A DNA stretch of 64,000 nucleotides from an uncultured Bdellovibrionales bacterium (GTDB taxonomy: Bacteria; Patescibacteriota; Minisyncoccia; Moranbacterales; UBA1568): the NCBI GenBank assembly GCA_964543815.1, contig CAZIZG010000003.1, positions 17,833 through 81,832 on the forward strand, in the 5' to 3' direction. Positions 20,564 through 30,954 of the stretch are shown here, one piece after another; the stretch's first letter is position 1; the number at the start of each line of letters is the position of its first letter. The position numbers were made by a program, and so were the translations under genes. A model generated the notes under the pieces. The model saw only the letters and a program-made list of their open reading frames with translations. It was not told where the DNA came from and ran no database searches.

Positions 20564-21484
20564 TCAAACGCTGAGACGCTCTTTAAAACACTGAAACACT
20601 CTCGGGCCACGCGGACGAGGAAGAAACACTAGTGCCTCATCGCTCACCTCGATGAGACTCCCCTCGAGATGAGTTTTTGGATTGGCGGCTATCTTTTTTC
20701 TCTGCCAAGACCTAAGCCAAGACTCAATCATAAACCAATCGCCGATTCGTTCCAATCCATTACGCAAACGCTTGGCCAACGTATTTTCAGATACCAGCCA
20801 CAAGCTCGACAAGACCGTAGGAGCATAGTTTGGTTTGAAATCTCGAATCCAGCGATTTTTGAGCTCAAATATCTGAAAAAGCGGAAACGAGAGAAGTGGG
20901 ATCAGAAAACGATATTCGTGAGCCGAGTAGAGATCCTTCGTAGCAATCTCGAGATGATTATCCGTGACAAAATAGTTGAGACAAGCACGATTGTTGATTT
21001 TTATCCCATGCCGTCTTTTGCCAATACTGTGGAGAAAAGCCGTGAGGATGGTTCGTCCCATCCAGATTCTCCCCGATCGAAGAACCACCAACATATCCCA
21101 GTCGCTACCACGCATACCATGTTTCATCGAGAGACTCCCCGTCGCTCCTATCATTCGGATATACGGTACAAAAGCGAGAATACGAGCCAGCCGTTTCATC
21201 CCCTTCAGTTTTTTCACAGACAGCTTTTCCCGCTCAATCCGTTCTGTTACCAAGTGAGATCGACCTGGTAAAAAATAAAATCCATCCTGTTGTTCTAGTT
21301 TCTTCGTAAGCTGCTCACCATGAAGCAGGTTCCATACTTCGCCTAGCGAAACTGGACCAGACAGTCCATGATCACGATTATATTCAATCAGATGTTTCCA
21401 AATCTCAAACACCGTCAACGGAAAATCCATGACGTCATAGTACGTCACTGTCGCCGCAATATTTTTGCCAAGCTGATAACTCAC
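20564..21484 (-). CDS. Hypothetical protein with Pol-beta-type nucleotidyltransferase motif
   Basis: GATGSLS......SDWD (GS...DxD). Confidence 0.6.
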   Translation of the reverse strand: MSYQLGKNIAATVTYYDVMDFPLTVFEIWKHLIEYNRDHGLSGPVSLGEVWNLLHGEQLTKKLEQQDGFYFLPGRSHLVTERIEREKLSVKKLKGMKRLARILAFVPYIRMIGATGSLSMKHGMRGSDWDMLVVLRSGRIWMGRTILTAFLHSIGKRRHGIKINNRACLNYFVTDNHLEIATKDLYSAHEYRFLIPLLSFPLFQIFELKNRWIRDFKPNYAPTVLSSLWLVSENTLAKRLRNGLERIGDWFMIESWLRSWQRKKIAANPKTHLEGSLIEVSDEALVFLPRPRGPRVFQCFKERLSV

Positions 21485-21632
21485 ACGTAAACTTTAAAGC
21501 TCAATTTTGATTTGACATTATCAGGTTCATTTTACCATTTTCAGAACACTCGTTCACTATTGACGCCCCTCTTTTTCTATGCCTTAATACTTCCAAATAG
21601 CACCCTTCACAATCAACTGCGAAAGGATCCAG

Positions 21633-21881
21633 GTGAAAACTCCTGCCAAGGTTACGCTCATCCTAGTAGGCCTGATGCTCCTCAGTGGAACAACCGCGAT
21701 TGCCATCGGAACCCCGCTCTATTTCGCTGGAGCCGACGTACCGCCATGGGCGAGTTTTCTCTGTCCATTCCTTGTTCTCTGCTACGGATTGATGGCTCTC
21801 TGTTTCATGGTTGCTGCCGTCTACGGCAGTCTCCTGGAACCAGGATACTGGATAACAAACGAACCATCTTCCGACGGATAG
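21633..21881 (+). CDS. 82-aa two-TM protein (stand-alone unit)
   Basis: AAGGA before GTG; TTGACA/TTGACG hexamers upstream; hairpin CACCCT..AGGGTG plus T-run at about 21900-21930. Confidence 0.65.
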   Translation: MKTPAKVTLILVGLMLLSGTTAIAIGTPLYFAGADVPPWASFLCPFLVLCYGLMALCFMVAAVYGSLLEPGYWITNEPSSDG

Positions 21882-21991
21882 CATTCCGTACCAAGCACTG
21901 CACCCTCGCTATACAGGGTGTTCTTTTTTTACTCAAAAAATACTTTAGAGTTGAGTTTCCAAAAAATATCTTCCATTTTCTTACCCTATCA

Positions 21992-22104
21992 TTCCCACCG
22001 AACATCTCTGACTCGCTTCATCGAACAGGGAGCTGTCCTGTACCAGGGTGTCAGTCACGCTCGACTGTTACCGATACGCTCATCAGAGATGTTGCCGCCG
22101 GGAA
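21992..22104. other. Structured intergenic element 1 (ncRNA or repeat candidate)
   Basis: Perfect 11-bp IR AACATCTCTGA (22001-22011)/TCAGAGATGTT (22083-22093) enclosing further stems. Confidence 0.45.
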
Positions 22105-22149
22105 CCGGAGAAAGAAAACGAAAGAATATTTTAGAAAACTTAATGATGT

Positions 22150-22290
22150 TTCTTTCTCCCAAGAATTCTTTTGGGCGACTTTGTAGCCAAAAGCAGGTCT
22201 TTTCGTTGTGTGAAAAGTTTCGGCGTACAACGTCAGAGAGAATCTCGCTGGGATCCTCTCGGCACAAAAGAGTTGCTTGGGAGTAAGAAA
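22150..22290. other. Structured intergenic element 2 downstream of uvrA
   Basis: CTCCCAAG-AATTCTTTTG (22156-22173) pairs with CAAAAGAGTT-G-CTTGGGAG (22265-22283), enclosing internal hairpins. Confidence 0.45.
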
Positions 22291-22302
22291 TCACCGAAAA
22301 AA

Positions 22303-25101
22303 TCACAGATACTTCGCGGTGAAACTCCGCTTACAGGCTTTCAGTTTTTCCGGCGGGCCCGCAAAGATGAGCTCGCCTCCTTTGGCGCCACCCTCCGGTC
22401 CCATTTCGAGTACCCAGTCCGCCGAAGCAATAACATCAATGTTGTGTTCAACCACGAGTACGCTGTTCCCTTTATCAACGAGTGCCTCGAGTACCTCGAG
22501 GAGACGTCTCACGTCCTCAAAGTGTAATCCAATAGTGGGCTCATCGAGAATATAAAGTGTTTTACCGGTTGATTTACGAGCCAGTTCAGTCGCCAGTTTG
22601 ATACGCTGAGCCTCACCGCCCGAGAGATTGGTAGCACTCTGACCCAAGACCAGATACCCGAGGCCTACCTCCTCCAGAACTCGAAGCTTTTCCTCAATCA
22701 TTGGCTGGTCAAGGAAGAAGTGGCGCGCCTCAGTCACGGTCATCTGAAGAATATGAGCGATATTCTTGCCCCGATATTCGATAGACAGTGTTTTTTGATT
22801 ATAACGAGTCCCCTGACACACTTCACAGGGCACATAAACATCCGGGAGGAGATACATCTCTATTTTCTTGAGCCCGCCACCCTGACAGGTCTCACAGCGA
22901 CCACCCCGCATATTAAACGAAAAGTGACTAGCGGAATATTTCTCCCGTTCTGCCTCGGCCGTCGCGGCAAACAAATCTCGGATAAGACTAAATACCCCAG
23001 TATAGGTCGCGGCGTTTGATCGAGGCGTTCGCCCAATAGGATCCTGAGTTACCGCGATGACCTTGTCGATATTGGATAGTCCTTCGATTTTTTTATGCGC
23101 TCCTGGTTGGGCCTTAGCATGATAAAAATGTTTGGATAAAGCCCGGGACAAGATATCATGAACGAGCGATGATTTACCCGATCCAGAAACACCTGATACA
23201 GCAACGAGCATCCCTAGCGGAATAGTGACATCAACATTCTGGAGATTGTGTTCCGTCGCGCCCGTTATCACAATACTGTCTTTGCCGGGTTTCCGCTTCT
23301 TGTCTTTGATAGAAACACTGCGCTTTCCTGATAGATACTGACCCGTAAGCAATTTTGATTTGAGGAGCTTGTCTGGTGTCCCAGCAAAAATCACTTCACC
23401 ACCTTCAACACCAGCTCCTGGCCCCATATCGATGATATAGTCAGCCCGCTTCATGATAGCAACGTCATGCTCTACCACCACCAAAGAATTATTAGCGGCT
23501 CGCAAATCCTCAAGAGCGTTAATCAGTCGCTCTGTATCACGACTGTGAAGACCCACTGACGGCTCATCCAAAACATAGATGATACCGGATAATCCCGATT
23601 TCATCTGTACCGACAGACGAATGCGCTGAGCCTCACCCCCCGAAAGAGTATCAGCTCCACGCGATAGTTCGAGATACCCGAGACCTACTTTCTCGACCGC
23701 CTGAAGCCGGGTCTCCATTTCACGAAAGAGCGGCTCCACCACGCCTCGTTCACCCTGCTTAACAAGCACTTCTCTGAGCGGTTTCACCAGAGCAAGAAAA
23801 GACTCAACGCTTTGGCTGACCACGTCATCTATCGAAAGGTTATTCACCTTGACCGAAAGACTAATCTGCTTCAAACGCTTACCAGCACACTGCGGACAAA
23901 GCTTCGTGAGCATATAGGCCTCAATTTCTGCCCGAAGATGATCAGACTTTGTCTCTCGATACTTCTGTTCCAAAAGTGCAATAACCCCGGGAAAACCATC
24001 TTCTTGTCCATTTTTTTCACCGTACAGAATAACATCAAAATGTTTGGCAGACATTTTTTTAAGAGGAGTATCCAGCGAAAATTTTTCCCGCTTAGCACAC
24101 TCGCGAAGGAGCGCCATCGGACCAGTCCCAGTATGTCGGTCGCTATTCATTTTACTCCAGGGCCTGATGGCTCCCTCGGCAATTGAGAGACTTTTATTGG
24201 GAATAACGAGCGCCGGATCAAATTCTAGTGTCACCCCAAGACCAGCACACTTCTCACAGGCTCCTTCTGGACTATTAAACGAAAAATGACTCGGGGTAAA
24301 TTCTGGCAGATGAACATCGCAGGCCTCGCAACGATACTCTTCATTGTAAATATGTTCCTCGCCCTGGCCATTGAGGCACAACAAAAACGTTCCCTGCCCT
24401 ACCCGAAAGGCAGTCTGAATATCATCAATGATGCGCTCCTTATCTGGACGCGCCAAATCAAGTACCAACCGATCCACTACCACCCCAATAGGAGATCGTT
24501 CCGTGTGAGAAGCTTGTTCCAGAGCTTGTGCCAGGGCTACAACCTCACCACGAAAACGTACCCGAACATAACCCCAGGCGTTGACGAGAGCAAGTGCCTC
24601 CCGTTCAGTTTTGCCGACTAATTGCGGACTCTCAGCCAAAAAAACGATAGCCATACCATCAGGCAAAGCCAAAATTTCATCAAGAATTTCTCGGACACTT
24701 TTACGCGACAGTACTTTTCCGCAGTGCGGACAATGCGGCACCCCCAACTTAGCATACAGGATACGTAAATAGTCATATACTTCCGTCATCGTTCCGACCG
24801 TCGAACGCGGGCTCCGCGAAACGCTTTTCTGATCAATAGAAATAGCCGGCGACAAATTGCGAATAGCATCCACATCCGGCTTGTCGAAGCCATCCAGAAA
24901 AGTACGCGCATACGAAGAAAGCGACTCGACATAGCGTCGATTCGCTTCTGCAAACAGGGTATCGAAAGCGAGTGATGATTTTCCAGAGCCGGAAAGCCCA
25001 GTGATGACCACGAGGGCATCACGGGGAATATCAACATCGATGTTCTTCAAGTTATTGACTCGGGCGCCTCTGACTTCGATGACCGGCTTTTTCGCTCCCA
25101 T
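22303..25101 (-). CDS. uvrA: Excinuclease ABC subunit A
   Basis: Two ABC ATPase domains ([26 protein letters not shown] x2), Zn-finger CxxC pairs. Confidence 0.97.
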   Translation of the reverse strand: MGAKKPVIEVRGARVNNLKNIDVDIPRDALVVITGLSGSGKSSLAFDTLFAEANRRYVESLSSYARTFLDGFDKPDVDAIRNLSPAISIDQKSVSRSPRSTVGTMTEVYDYLRILYAKLGVPHCPHCGKVLSRKSVREILDEILALPDGMAIVFLAESPQLVGKTEREALALVNAWGYVRVRFRGEVVALAQALEQASHTERSPIGVVVDRLVLDLARPDKERIIDDIQTAFRVGQGTFLLCLNGQGEEHIYNEEYRCEACDVHLPEFTPSHFSFNSPEGACEKCAGLGVTLEFDPALVIPNKSLSIAEGAIRPWSKMNSDRHTGTGPMALLRECAKREKFSLDTPLKKMSAKHFDVILYGEKNGQEDGFPGVIALLEQKYRETKSDHLRAEIEAYMLTKLCPQCAGKRLKQISLSVKVNNLSIDDVVSQSVESFLALVKPLREVLVKQGERGVVEPLFREMETRLQAVEKVGLGYLELSRGADTLSGGEAQRIRLSVQMKSGLSGIIYVLDEPSVGLHSRDTERLINALEDLRAANNSLVVVEHDVAIMKRADYIIDMGPGAGVEGGEVIFAGTPDKLLKSKLLTGQYLSGKRSVSIKDKKRKPGKDSIVITGATEHNLQNVDVTIPLGMLVAVSGVSGSGKSSLVHDILSRALSKHFYHAKAQPGAHKKIEGLSNIDKVIAVTQDPIGRTPRSNAATYTGVFSLIRDLFAATAEAEREKYSASHFSFNMRGGRCETCQGGGLKKIEMYLLPDVYVPCEVCQGTRYNQKTLSIEYRGKNIAHILQMTVTEARHFFLDQPMIEEKLRVLEEVGLGYLVLGQSATNLSGGEAQRIKLATELARKSTGKTLYILDEPTIGLHFEDVRRLLEVLEALVDKGNSVLVVEHNIDVIASADWVLEMGPEGGAKGGELIFAGPPEKLKACKRSFTAKYL

Positions 25102-25185
25102 AGGGCGTGAGAGTAGTAAAAAAGTGAGAGAATCGCTTTCCATGCTATCACTTTTTTGAGCGTGGGTCAACTCTGTGTATAACTC

Positions 25186-26433
25186 CTACTCTTTTCCCAA
25201 AAACTCCTTCCCACGCCGCTTCCGATGAAAAGTAAGGGCGAACCGATGCGCCTCGTTATTGACGAGAAGGATCTCTTTTTCAAAGCGACTAATGAGCGAA
25301 GCCGGCCCGATGAGGCGTTCAGGCTGATGACGATTGTCCTTGACGACACCAATCACCGGAATACCCAGTCCCGCCTCACGAATAATTCGTTCCGCTACCT
25401 CATACTGGAGTTTCGCACCATCCACCACTATCATCTCCGGCAACGACCATTCGCTATGCTTCAAACGACGCATAAGCATTTCACCAAGCGCTGAGAGATC
25501 ATTACCACCATGCTTTTCACGTAGCTTAAACTGGCGATACCCCTGTTTATTAGGACGACTTTCTTCCACGACTGTCATGACGCCCACTGAGGCCGTCCCC
25601 ATGAGGTGAGCGACGTCATACCCTTCGATGCGATGAGCATGGCGCTCACGGAGATCATCTTTGATGAGCGCCATATCCTGGATATGTTGTAACCCAAAGA
25701 GCGTGCGCTTGAGTTCACCAGCTCGTTCGAACCGGAGTTCTTTGGCCGCTAACTTCATATCACGCTTGAGCGCCTTCACCACATCGCCCTTGTGCCCCTC
25801 AAAAAAAAGTCGAATATGATTGATGGTTTGCGCATACTCTCGAGCGGTCACTGCTCCAGTACATACGCCCGGACACAGTCCAATCTGGGCATTGAAACAC
25901 GGACGAACACCCCCCGGCTGACACTTGTCCCGGTAGGGAAAGAGCCGCCGCACGATTTTCATCGCCTCGCGAAGCGCTCCTCCCTGAGGGAAGGGACCAA
26001 ACAGGTATTTAACTGGTTCAGTAAATTTTTTTTGCTCAATATCACGACCACGGACGATGAGTACGCGCGGAAACGACTCCTTAGTGATAACGACATGGTT
26101 ATAGCTCTTGTCATCCTTCTGATCAGTATTGTAGGGTGGCTGTTCGGCCTTAATGAGATTGGTTTCAAGAATGAGTGCCTCGAGCACCGATTCTGTTTCT
26201 CGATAAGCTATGGTCACAATCTGCGGCTGCATAAGTTCGATTTTTGGCCCCCGCGTTTCGAGAAGATCCTGAACAAAGTAACTCTTCACTCGATCATGCA
26301 GCGAAGTGGCTTTGCCAATATACAGGAGTGACTCATTGGCATCCAAAAAAAAGTACACTCCCGGTACCTCTGGTAGCGTGTTTTTTTTCTGAAACGCTTG
26401 AAGCGTTACTTTTTTCTCCCACAATGTAGCCAT
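25186..26433 (-). CDS. uvrC: Excinuclease ABC subunit C-like (GIY-YIG + UVR + RNase H-like, no HhH tail)
   Basis: PGVY...YIGKA, CFNAQIGLCPGVC, FERA, IEGYDVAH, VVDG, EAHRFA. Confidence 0.88.
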   Translation of the reverse strand: MATLWEKKVTLQAFQKKNTLPEVPGVYFFLDANESLLYIGKATSLHDRVKSYFVQDLLETRGPKIELMQPQIVTIAYRETESVLEALILETNLIKAEQPPYNTDQKDDKSYNHVVITKESFPRVLIVRGRDIEQKKFTEPVKYLFGPFPQGGALREAMKIVRRLFPYRDKCQPGGVRPCFNAQIGLCPGVCTGAVTAREYAQTINHIRLFFEGHKGDVVKALKRDMKLAAKELRFERAGELKRTLFGLQHIQDMALIKDDLRERHAHRIEGYDVAHLMGTASVGVMTVVEESRPNKQGYRQFKLREKHGGNDLSALGEMLMRRLKHSEWSLPEMIVVDGAKLQYEVAERIIREAGLGIPVIGVVKDNRHQPERLIGPASLISRFEKEILLVNNEAHRFALTFHRKRRGKEFLGKE

Positions 26434-26523
26434 AGTATCTTGACTTTTTTACCAAAATAGAGTATAATACACTATTGTAGTTTTAACAACACTTTTCTCC
26501 CCCTGTTCCACCTCGGAGGTTCT

Positions 26524-26904
26524 ATGCCCGCCCTGGTAACACAGCGGTCATCCGCTCTTCCTCTCCCGGTTCCTGACTACGTCAGCATCCTCCTCACAGA
26601 CGTCGTGGTACGTTTGAAGCTACGCCACCCCCGCACCACCGGCTTCGAAAACGATTTCCGGCGAGCATTTGCCGAGGCCGCCCACGCTGTGGGGCTTTAC
26701 CACAGCAAAGAGACTACCACCTACAACTACTTCTACGGCAAGGTACGGGAGCGTATAGAGGGAGAACTCGCCATCCTTCGTGAACAATCCCGCAAACCAC
26801 TGCGGCCCATCGCCACCACACGCCAGACCAAACTTCCTTTTGATGGTCCAATTGCAGGACCGGCCACGGTAGAGTCCTCCATCCCGGCGTACCTCGTTCA
26901 CTAG
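26524..26904 (+). CDS. Hypothetical 126-aa protein (SD-led stand-alone unit)
   Basis: TTGACT (26440-26445)-N17-TATAAT (26463-26468); GGAGGT SD; hairpin plus T-run at about 26920-26955. Confidence 0.75.
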   Translation: MPALVTQRSSALPLPVPDYVSILLTDVVVRLKLRHPRTTGFENDFRRAFAEAAHAVGLYHSKETTTYNYFYGKVRERIEGELAILREQSRKPLRPIATTRQTKLPFDGPIAGPATVESSIPAYLVH

Positions 26905-26986
26905 GTGGCCGCATCATTCGCGCCCAAGTCAACTGACTTGAGGCGTTCTTTTTTTATCAAAAATAAAAAAGGGCTGATGCGTTACA

Positions 26987-27472
26987 TCACCCCTCAGATT
27001 CGAGAATAGACTGAGCCGCCAGGTGCAATGATTGATACACCATCCGATACACCTCTCTCGGATCAAAATAGTAGCAGAGCTCCTCAAATCCAACCGGCAC
27101 CATTTGAGGTGGTGGTACCTTACGAAAAAAACGTCCTTTCTTTCTCACAACGATTTTGTAGGGACCGCTTGACCCTAAACGATACCGTTTGACGCCCATA
27201 CGTCCTTTGATATCACCCAAGAGGAAAGTTATCGGAGATACACTGAGCACTGCTCCGTACATCCGACCCGCATCGCCCATAAAAAGGGCATTCAACTGAG
27301 TTACGATGAGCCTACTCATCGCAAACTGAGACCGCCGCAATTCGCGCGCGATGTACCACGGCGTTCGTGGCAACAAGAGCGCAGGAGGAACACCATGTGG
27401 GGACTCAGACATACGCAGATATGCCTGAGTCACGCCCCGCCTCACATGAGACTCAACGTAACCAGCAGACAT
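26987..27472 (-). CDS. Hypothetical 161-aa basic protein
   Basis: GAGGA SD before ATG at 27472; convergent with 26524 gene. Confidence 0.6.
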   Translation of the reverse strand: MSAGYVESHVRRGVTQAYLRMSESPHGVPPALLLPRTPWYIARELRRSQFAMSRLIVTQLNALFMGDAGRMYGAVLSVSPITFLLGDIKGRMGVKRYRLGSSGPYKIVVRKKGRFFRKVPPPQMVPVGFEELCYYFDPREVYRMVYQSLHLAAQSILESEG

Positions 27473-27580
27473 ACTGCATCCTCTCTTTCTGTTAAACAAC
27501 CGTGATACTCTACTCTACGGTAAAAGATATCCACCGTCAATCGAAGGGTTGATAGAATCATATATTTCGTGTACTATAAA

Positions 27581-27870
27581 AGCCCGAGTGACGTCGCTCG
27601 GAGACAGTTCTTTTATCCTCTCGATACGGAAGAGTAGAAGTTCGAGAATTTGTCCGCTGGGGAGATATCTGATGAGTTTCCATGAAACTCTGGTCCCATC
27701 TGAGAACCTATTCCCGACCAATTACTCTCCAAGAGGATGTATCATCTTTGACTCGCGAACCACTCGTTCGCCGTCAGCGCAGAACCCTGCTGCCAAAGAT
27801 GTCACATTTCCCTCATCGAGAACAAACAAAAAACCACCCTTCGATATACTCGGGGTGGTTTTTTGTTTCC
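27581..27870 (+). ncRNA. Candidate structured ncRNA (~290 nt)
   Basis: TTGATA (27549-27554)-N17-TACTAT (27572-27577); at least 8 nested stems; ends in bidirectional terminator; no credible ORF. Confidence 0.6.
27824..27868. terminator. Bidirectional intrinsic terminator
   Basis: AAACAAAAAACCACCC...GGGTGGTTTTTTGTTT between ncRNA candidate and cold-shock gene. Confidence 0.85.
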
Positions 27871-27894
27871 TTACTTGGACAAACGCCTCGGCAA

Positions 27895-28092
27895 TTACGC
27901 GCGAGCTACGTTAGTCGCAGCAGGACCCTTCGGGCCTTCAGTGATCTCGAAAGAGACAGTGTCGCCTACTTTGAGTTCATCAAAAGTGACCCCAACGAGA
28001 TCCTTGGAATGGAAGAACAAGTCCTTCACTTCGCCTTCGCGAGCAATGAACCCGAATCCTCGGTCCGTCAAGGTTTTGATTGTTCCGGTCAT
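27895..28092 (-). CDS. cspA: Cold-shock domain protein
   Basis: RNP1 RGFGFI, RNP2-like LFFHS, GPKGPAATNV. Confidence 0.95.
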   Translation of the reverse strand: MTGTIKTLTDRGFGFIAREGEVKDLFFHSKDLVGVTFDELKVGDTVSFEITEGPKGPAATNVARA

Positions 28093-28399
28093 GATGTTGT
28101 ATGTGGTAAATTATATCGTGAAACTCGACTCTGTTTCCGCATCTACTACGTCCCCAGTATAGCACGAATTCCCCGGCTCTGCAACCCCCTCCAACCCCTC
28201 TTCACCTACTTGTCAAGATGGGTCATTTCTCTCATGTTTCACTCATGTGCTATACTTCCAGTGCAAGCCTTCAGAAAGAAGAGGCGATAAATTGAAACCC
28301 ACCTGGATTTTCAGGGAAAAATGTAATTTTTTCCGTTAACTCATTTTTCGGGATTCAGCCGTCACTTCCGCATTGAGGGCTTTTGCTTTTTCATCGGTT

Positions 28400-28888
28400 C
28401 TAAAACCAAATCTTCCAGGCAAAAACAGCTACCATCACCAGAGCCAAAACGAAACTCACTATCGATCCGGCCAAAAACCCAACCAGGCTCCCCACTCCAA
28501 TCCTCAATGCCGCCCGCCAATCCCGACCACCCAAGAACCGTTCTGAAGCAACGGCACCAACAAAAAGACCGAGAAATAAACCTGGCAAATTTAAAAAGAT
28601 AAACCCCAAAATTCCACCGAGCGCCGAGCCGATGACCCCAACTCGGCTTCCACCAAAACGAGCTACCCCGTACATACTCGCAAGCGCGTCAAACGACAGG
28701 GAACAAATGGTTGCCACCCCAAAGAGCACCAGGGTCGTCAACCCCACCGTTTGGATACCAAAAAAAAGCGCGTAGAAAAGGATACCTCCAAACACTAGTA
28801 CCACTCCCGGAATACCGGGAAACAGAGTGCCCACGAGACCAGCAATAAGGAGAAGCCAGGTAAGCGTCACGATAATCCAAGGTTCCAT
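28400..28888 (-). CDS. DUF456-family membrane protein
   Basis: Gly-rich TM helices, PGIPG, GGS..G..G motifs. Confidence 0.8.
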   Translation of the reverse strand: MEPWIIVTLTWLLLIAGLVGTLFPGIPGVVLVFGGILFYALFFGIQTVGLTTLVLFGVATICSLSFDALASMYGVARFGGSRVGVIGSALGGILGFIFLNLPGLFLGLFVGAVASERFLGGRDWRAALRIGVGSLVGFLAGSIVSFVLALVMVAVFAWKIWF

Positions 28889-28898
28889 ATTCGGAAAA

Positions 28899-29432
28899 TT
28901 ACGATTTTACTCCCGGCTTCCGCCACCAAGATGGATACTCGCCGCGTCGAAAACACAGCATATCGTAGATAGCCATAAGAGCAATAAGCCATGGCACAAA
29001 ACTCATAAGCGCATCAGTTGTTGAATGCGACTGACTGTCGATGAAAGAAAAGAGTAACCCGCCCATTCCCACAAACATAAACGTTACTCCCCAACCTCGG
29101 CGAGAAACTGGATAATAGAAAGCAAACCAATGCCAAAAACGAGCTGGTCGAAACCAATAATCCGCTCCTGTCACTCCGGGCGTCTTTTTTTCAACATCCT
29201 TTAGACCGCCACGATTAACAACATTCGTATAGCCCAATTTGATCAATGCTTGACGTGCCCGCTCTGCCCGCCCACCCGAGTGACAGTAAAGCTCAATAGG
29301 AGTCGCCTTGTCCGTATCGGCCAAAATGCCAAGATTGCCGTACAGTATCGCCAATACTGGAAGCGAAATAGCCCCGTCGGCATGACCGGCGGCATATTCT
29401 TCTGGGTTTCTCACGTCAATAAGGAGGGTCAT
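28899..29432 (-). CDS. Rhodanese-like domain fused to 2-TM C-terminal domain
   Basis: IDVRNPEEY..GH..GA, active-site YCHSGGRA, GG motif. Confidence 0.85.
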   Translation of the reverse strand: MTLLIDVRNPEEYAAGHADGAISLPVLAILYGNLGILADTDKATPIELYCHSGGRAERARQALIKLGYTNVVNRGGLKDVEKKTPGVTGADYWFRPARFWHWFAFYYPVSRRGWGVTFMFVGMGGLLFSFIDSQSHSTTDALMSFVPWLIALMAIYDMLCFRRGEYPSWWRKPGVKS

Positions 29433-29437
29433 AGTAT

Positions 29438-29821
29438 TCAGAGAACTTCACGGACATAATCCACTGCCTTCTGAGGCGTAGTAAGTGACTTGATGAGATA
29501 GAAACGTGTCTCAAATTTTCCAACCTGTTTAAAGGAATCTTCATTATCAATATTCGTGAGCACAATAACGGGAATCCTGGAGAGTTCCTCATCAGCATTG
29601 AGTTCCGTGAGAACCTCTACGCCATTTTTGACCGGCATCTGGAGATCAAGCAGAATAATATCTGGCTTTTTCTCTCGAATCAGCCGCATCCCCTCTTCGC
29701 CATTGACCGCCACCGAAACATCAAACCCCTCCTGATTAAATTTCATGAGGTAAATTTCCCGCAAATCCGAATCATCATCGACGATGCAGACTTTCTTCCG
29801 TTGCCACGTGTCTTCTTCCAT
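29438..29821 (-). CDS. Single-domain response regulator (receiver)
   Basis: IVDDD, LLDLQMP..NG, LTN, K. Confidence 0.9.
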   Translation of the reverse strand: MEEDTWQRKKVCIVDDDSDLREIYLMKFNQEGFDVSVAVNGEEGMRLIREKKPDIILLDLQMPVKNGVEVLTELNADEELSRIPVIVLTNIDNEDSFKQVGKFETRFYLIKSLTTPQKAVDYVREVL

Positions 29822-29839
29822 AGTAAAAAGTATTGAGTA

Positions 29840-30229
29840 TTACCCAAGAAAATCGCGATCCTTATCGAAGCGGGCCTGCCAAGCGATGAGATTGATGAAT
29901 CCGTAAAGGAGCACCGTAATAGTAAGAAGTCCCAAGTGACGCTCATGATTGAGAGCCGCCTGATCAACGAGGAGATAGGTAATAACAAAGGCCAAAAGCG
30001 GCAGCACCACATCTACCCAACCGTTCCCTGGCGCTTCTGATAACCGCACATATTTCTCGAGCAGTTCCCACAACAGAGCCAGGATAAGAGTAGCGACGAA
30101 GGTCAAAAATGTCGGCCAAGAAAAAGAAATAGCCGCAAGCGCCGTCACGATACCAAACATGAAATGCGGCACTGACCACCAATCAAAGAGCTTGTTGGGA
30201 TCGAAAATCTCGTTTTTCTTTTTCTTCAT
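29840..30229 (-). CDS. Hypothetical membrane protein
   Basis: DWWS..H, WELLE motifs, 4 TM. Confidence 0.7.
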   Translation of the reverse strand: MKKKKNEIFDPNKLFDWWSVPHFMFGIVTALAAISFSWPTFLTFVATLILALLWELLEKYVRLSEAPGNGWVDVVLPLLAFVITYLLVDQAALNHERHLGLLTITVLLYGFINLIAWQARFDKDRDFLG

Positions 30230-30263
30230 ACTTATCAGTATTCAGCAAATCGCTCAGGATATC

Positions 30264-30674
30264 CTAACGCCACAGCACCCGAGCGAGTGTAAAAAGACTC
30301 GAGGCAACTACTGCATTCGTCACTATTCCCCAGGACATGTCAACCAGAATAAAACGTGTCGTCCAAGCGGTAAGAATAGCTAAGTTGGTGAGATCGAATA
30401 TTCCAAAAGTTACCAGCCCAAATGCACCGCCGTAGAGAATGACTTGTCCCAATGTTGCTGACTGTGGCAAAACAAAGAGCACGGTCCCGAGCGCCATGAA
30501 CAGATAGGCAAGCAGTGCCGCCCAGGTTCTGACCTGCCATTCCCCCGCCCCTGATAAACGTAAGATACTCCCGACTTCAGCCTTGAAAAAATTTCCAGCC
30601 AGCTTAAACCAGATGAAATCTAGTATGACAAACAACACAAAAGCAAAAACAATGAGTACCAAAAACTTTATCAT
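30264..30674 (-). CDS. DUF2177-family membrane protein
   Basis: LD.IW, FDLTN, DMSWG motifs. Confidence 0.8.
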   Translation of the reverse strand: MIKFLVLIVFAFVLFVILDFIWFKLAGNFFKAEVGSILRLSGAGEWQVRTWAALLAYLFMALGTVLFVLPQSATLGQVILYGGAFGLVTFGIFDLTNLAILTAWTTRFILVDMSWGIVTNAVVASSLFTLARVLWR

Positions 30675-30696
30675 AAATATTTTAGGAGAGACGGCA

Positions 30697-30954
30697 TTAC
30701 TTCTTGTATTGTACCACATTACCCCTATCGTTCTCACGAGATACTTCAAATACCTTTCGTTTTCCTGTCATGCCAGCACGCAGTGTCAGATTTGCCAGAG
30801 GTACCCGGAGAAAGAGTGCTAGTACTCTCCGGACGGCGTCATTAGCTCTACTATCAACTGGCATCGCCCGAACCAATATCCGGAAGTGCGTCTCATCGAG
30901 TTGTTCTACACGCTCTTCACGTGCTCGAGTTTTCACGGTGACAAACAATCTCAT
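30697..30954 (-). CDS. DUF167/YggU-family protein
   Basis: V.VK..A...V.A.PVD..AN...LA..L.VP...G.T.K.K. Confidence 0.8.
   Translation of the reverse strand: MRLFVTVKTRAREERVEQLDETHFRILVRAMPVDSRANDAVRRVLALFLRVPLANLTLRAGMTGKRKVFEVSRENDRGNVVQYKK

Noticed and set aside
21512-22306. ORFs 21512+, 21918+ and 22055-
   Set aside because: They cross promoter, terminator and hairpin elements, with no start signals or protein-like composition
27669-27690. Hammerhead-like core CTGATGA...GAAAC inside the ncRNA candidate
   Set aside because: Stem II would be a single G-U pair and no stem I can be formed; the sequence is better explained as the GAGTTTC/GAAACTC hairpin
27549-28290. ORFs 27549+ and 27682+
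   Set aside because: They run through the bidirectional terminator and antisense to cspA
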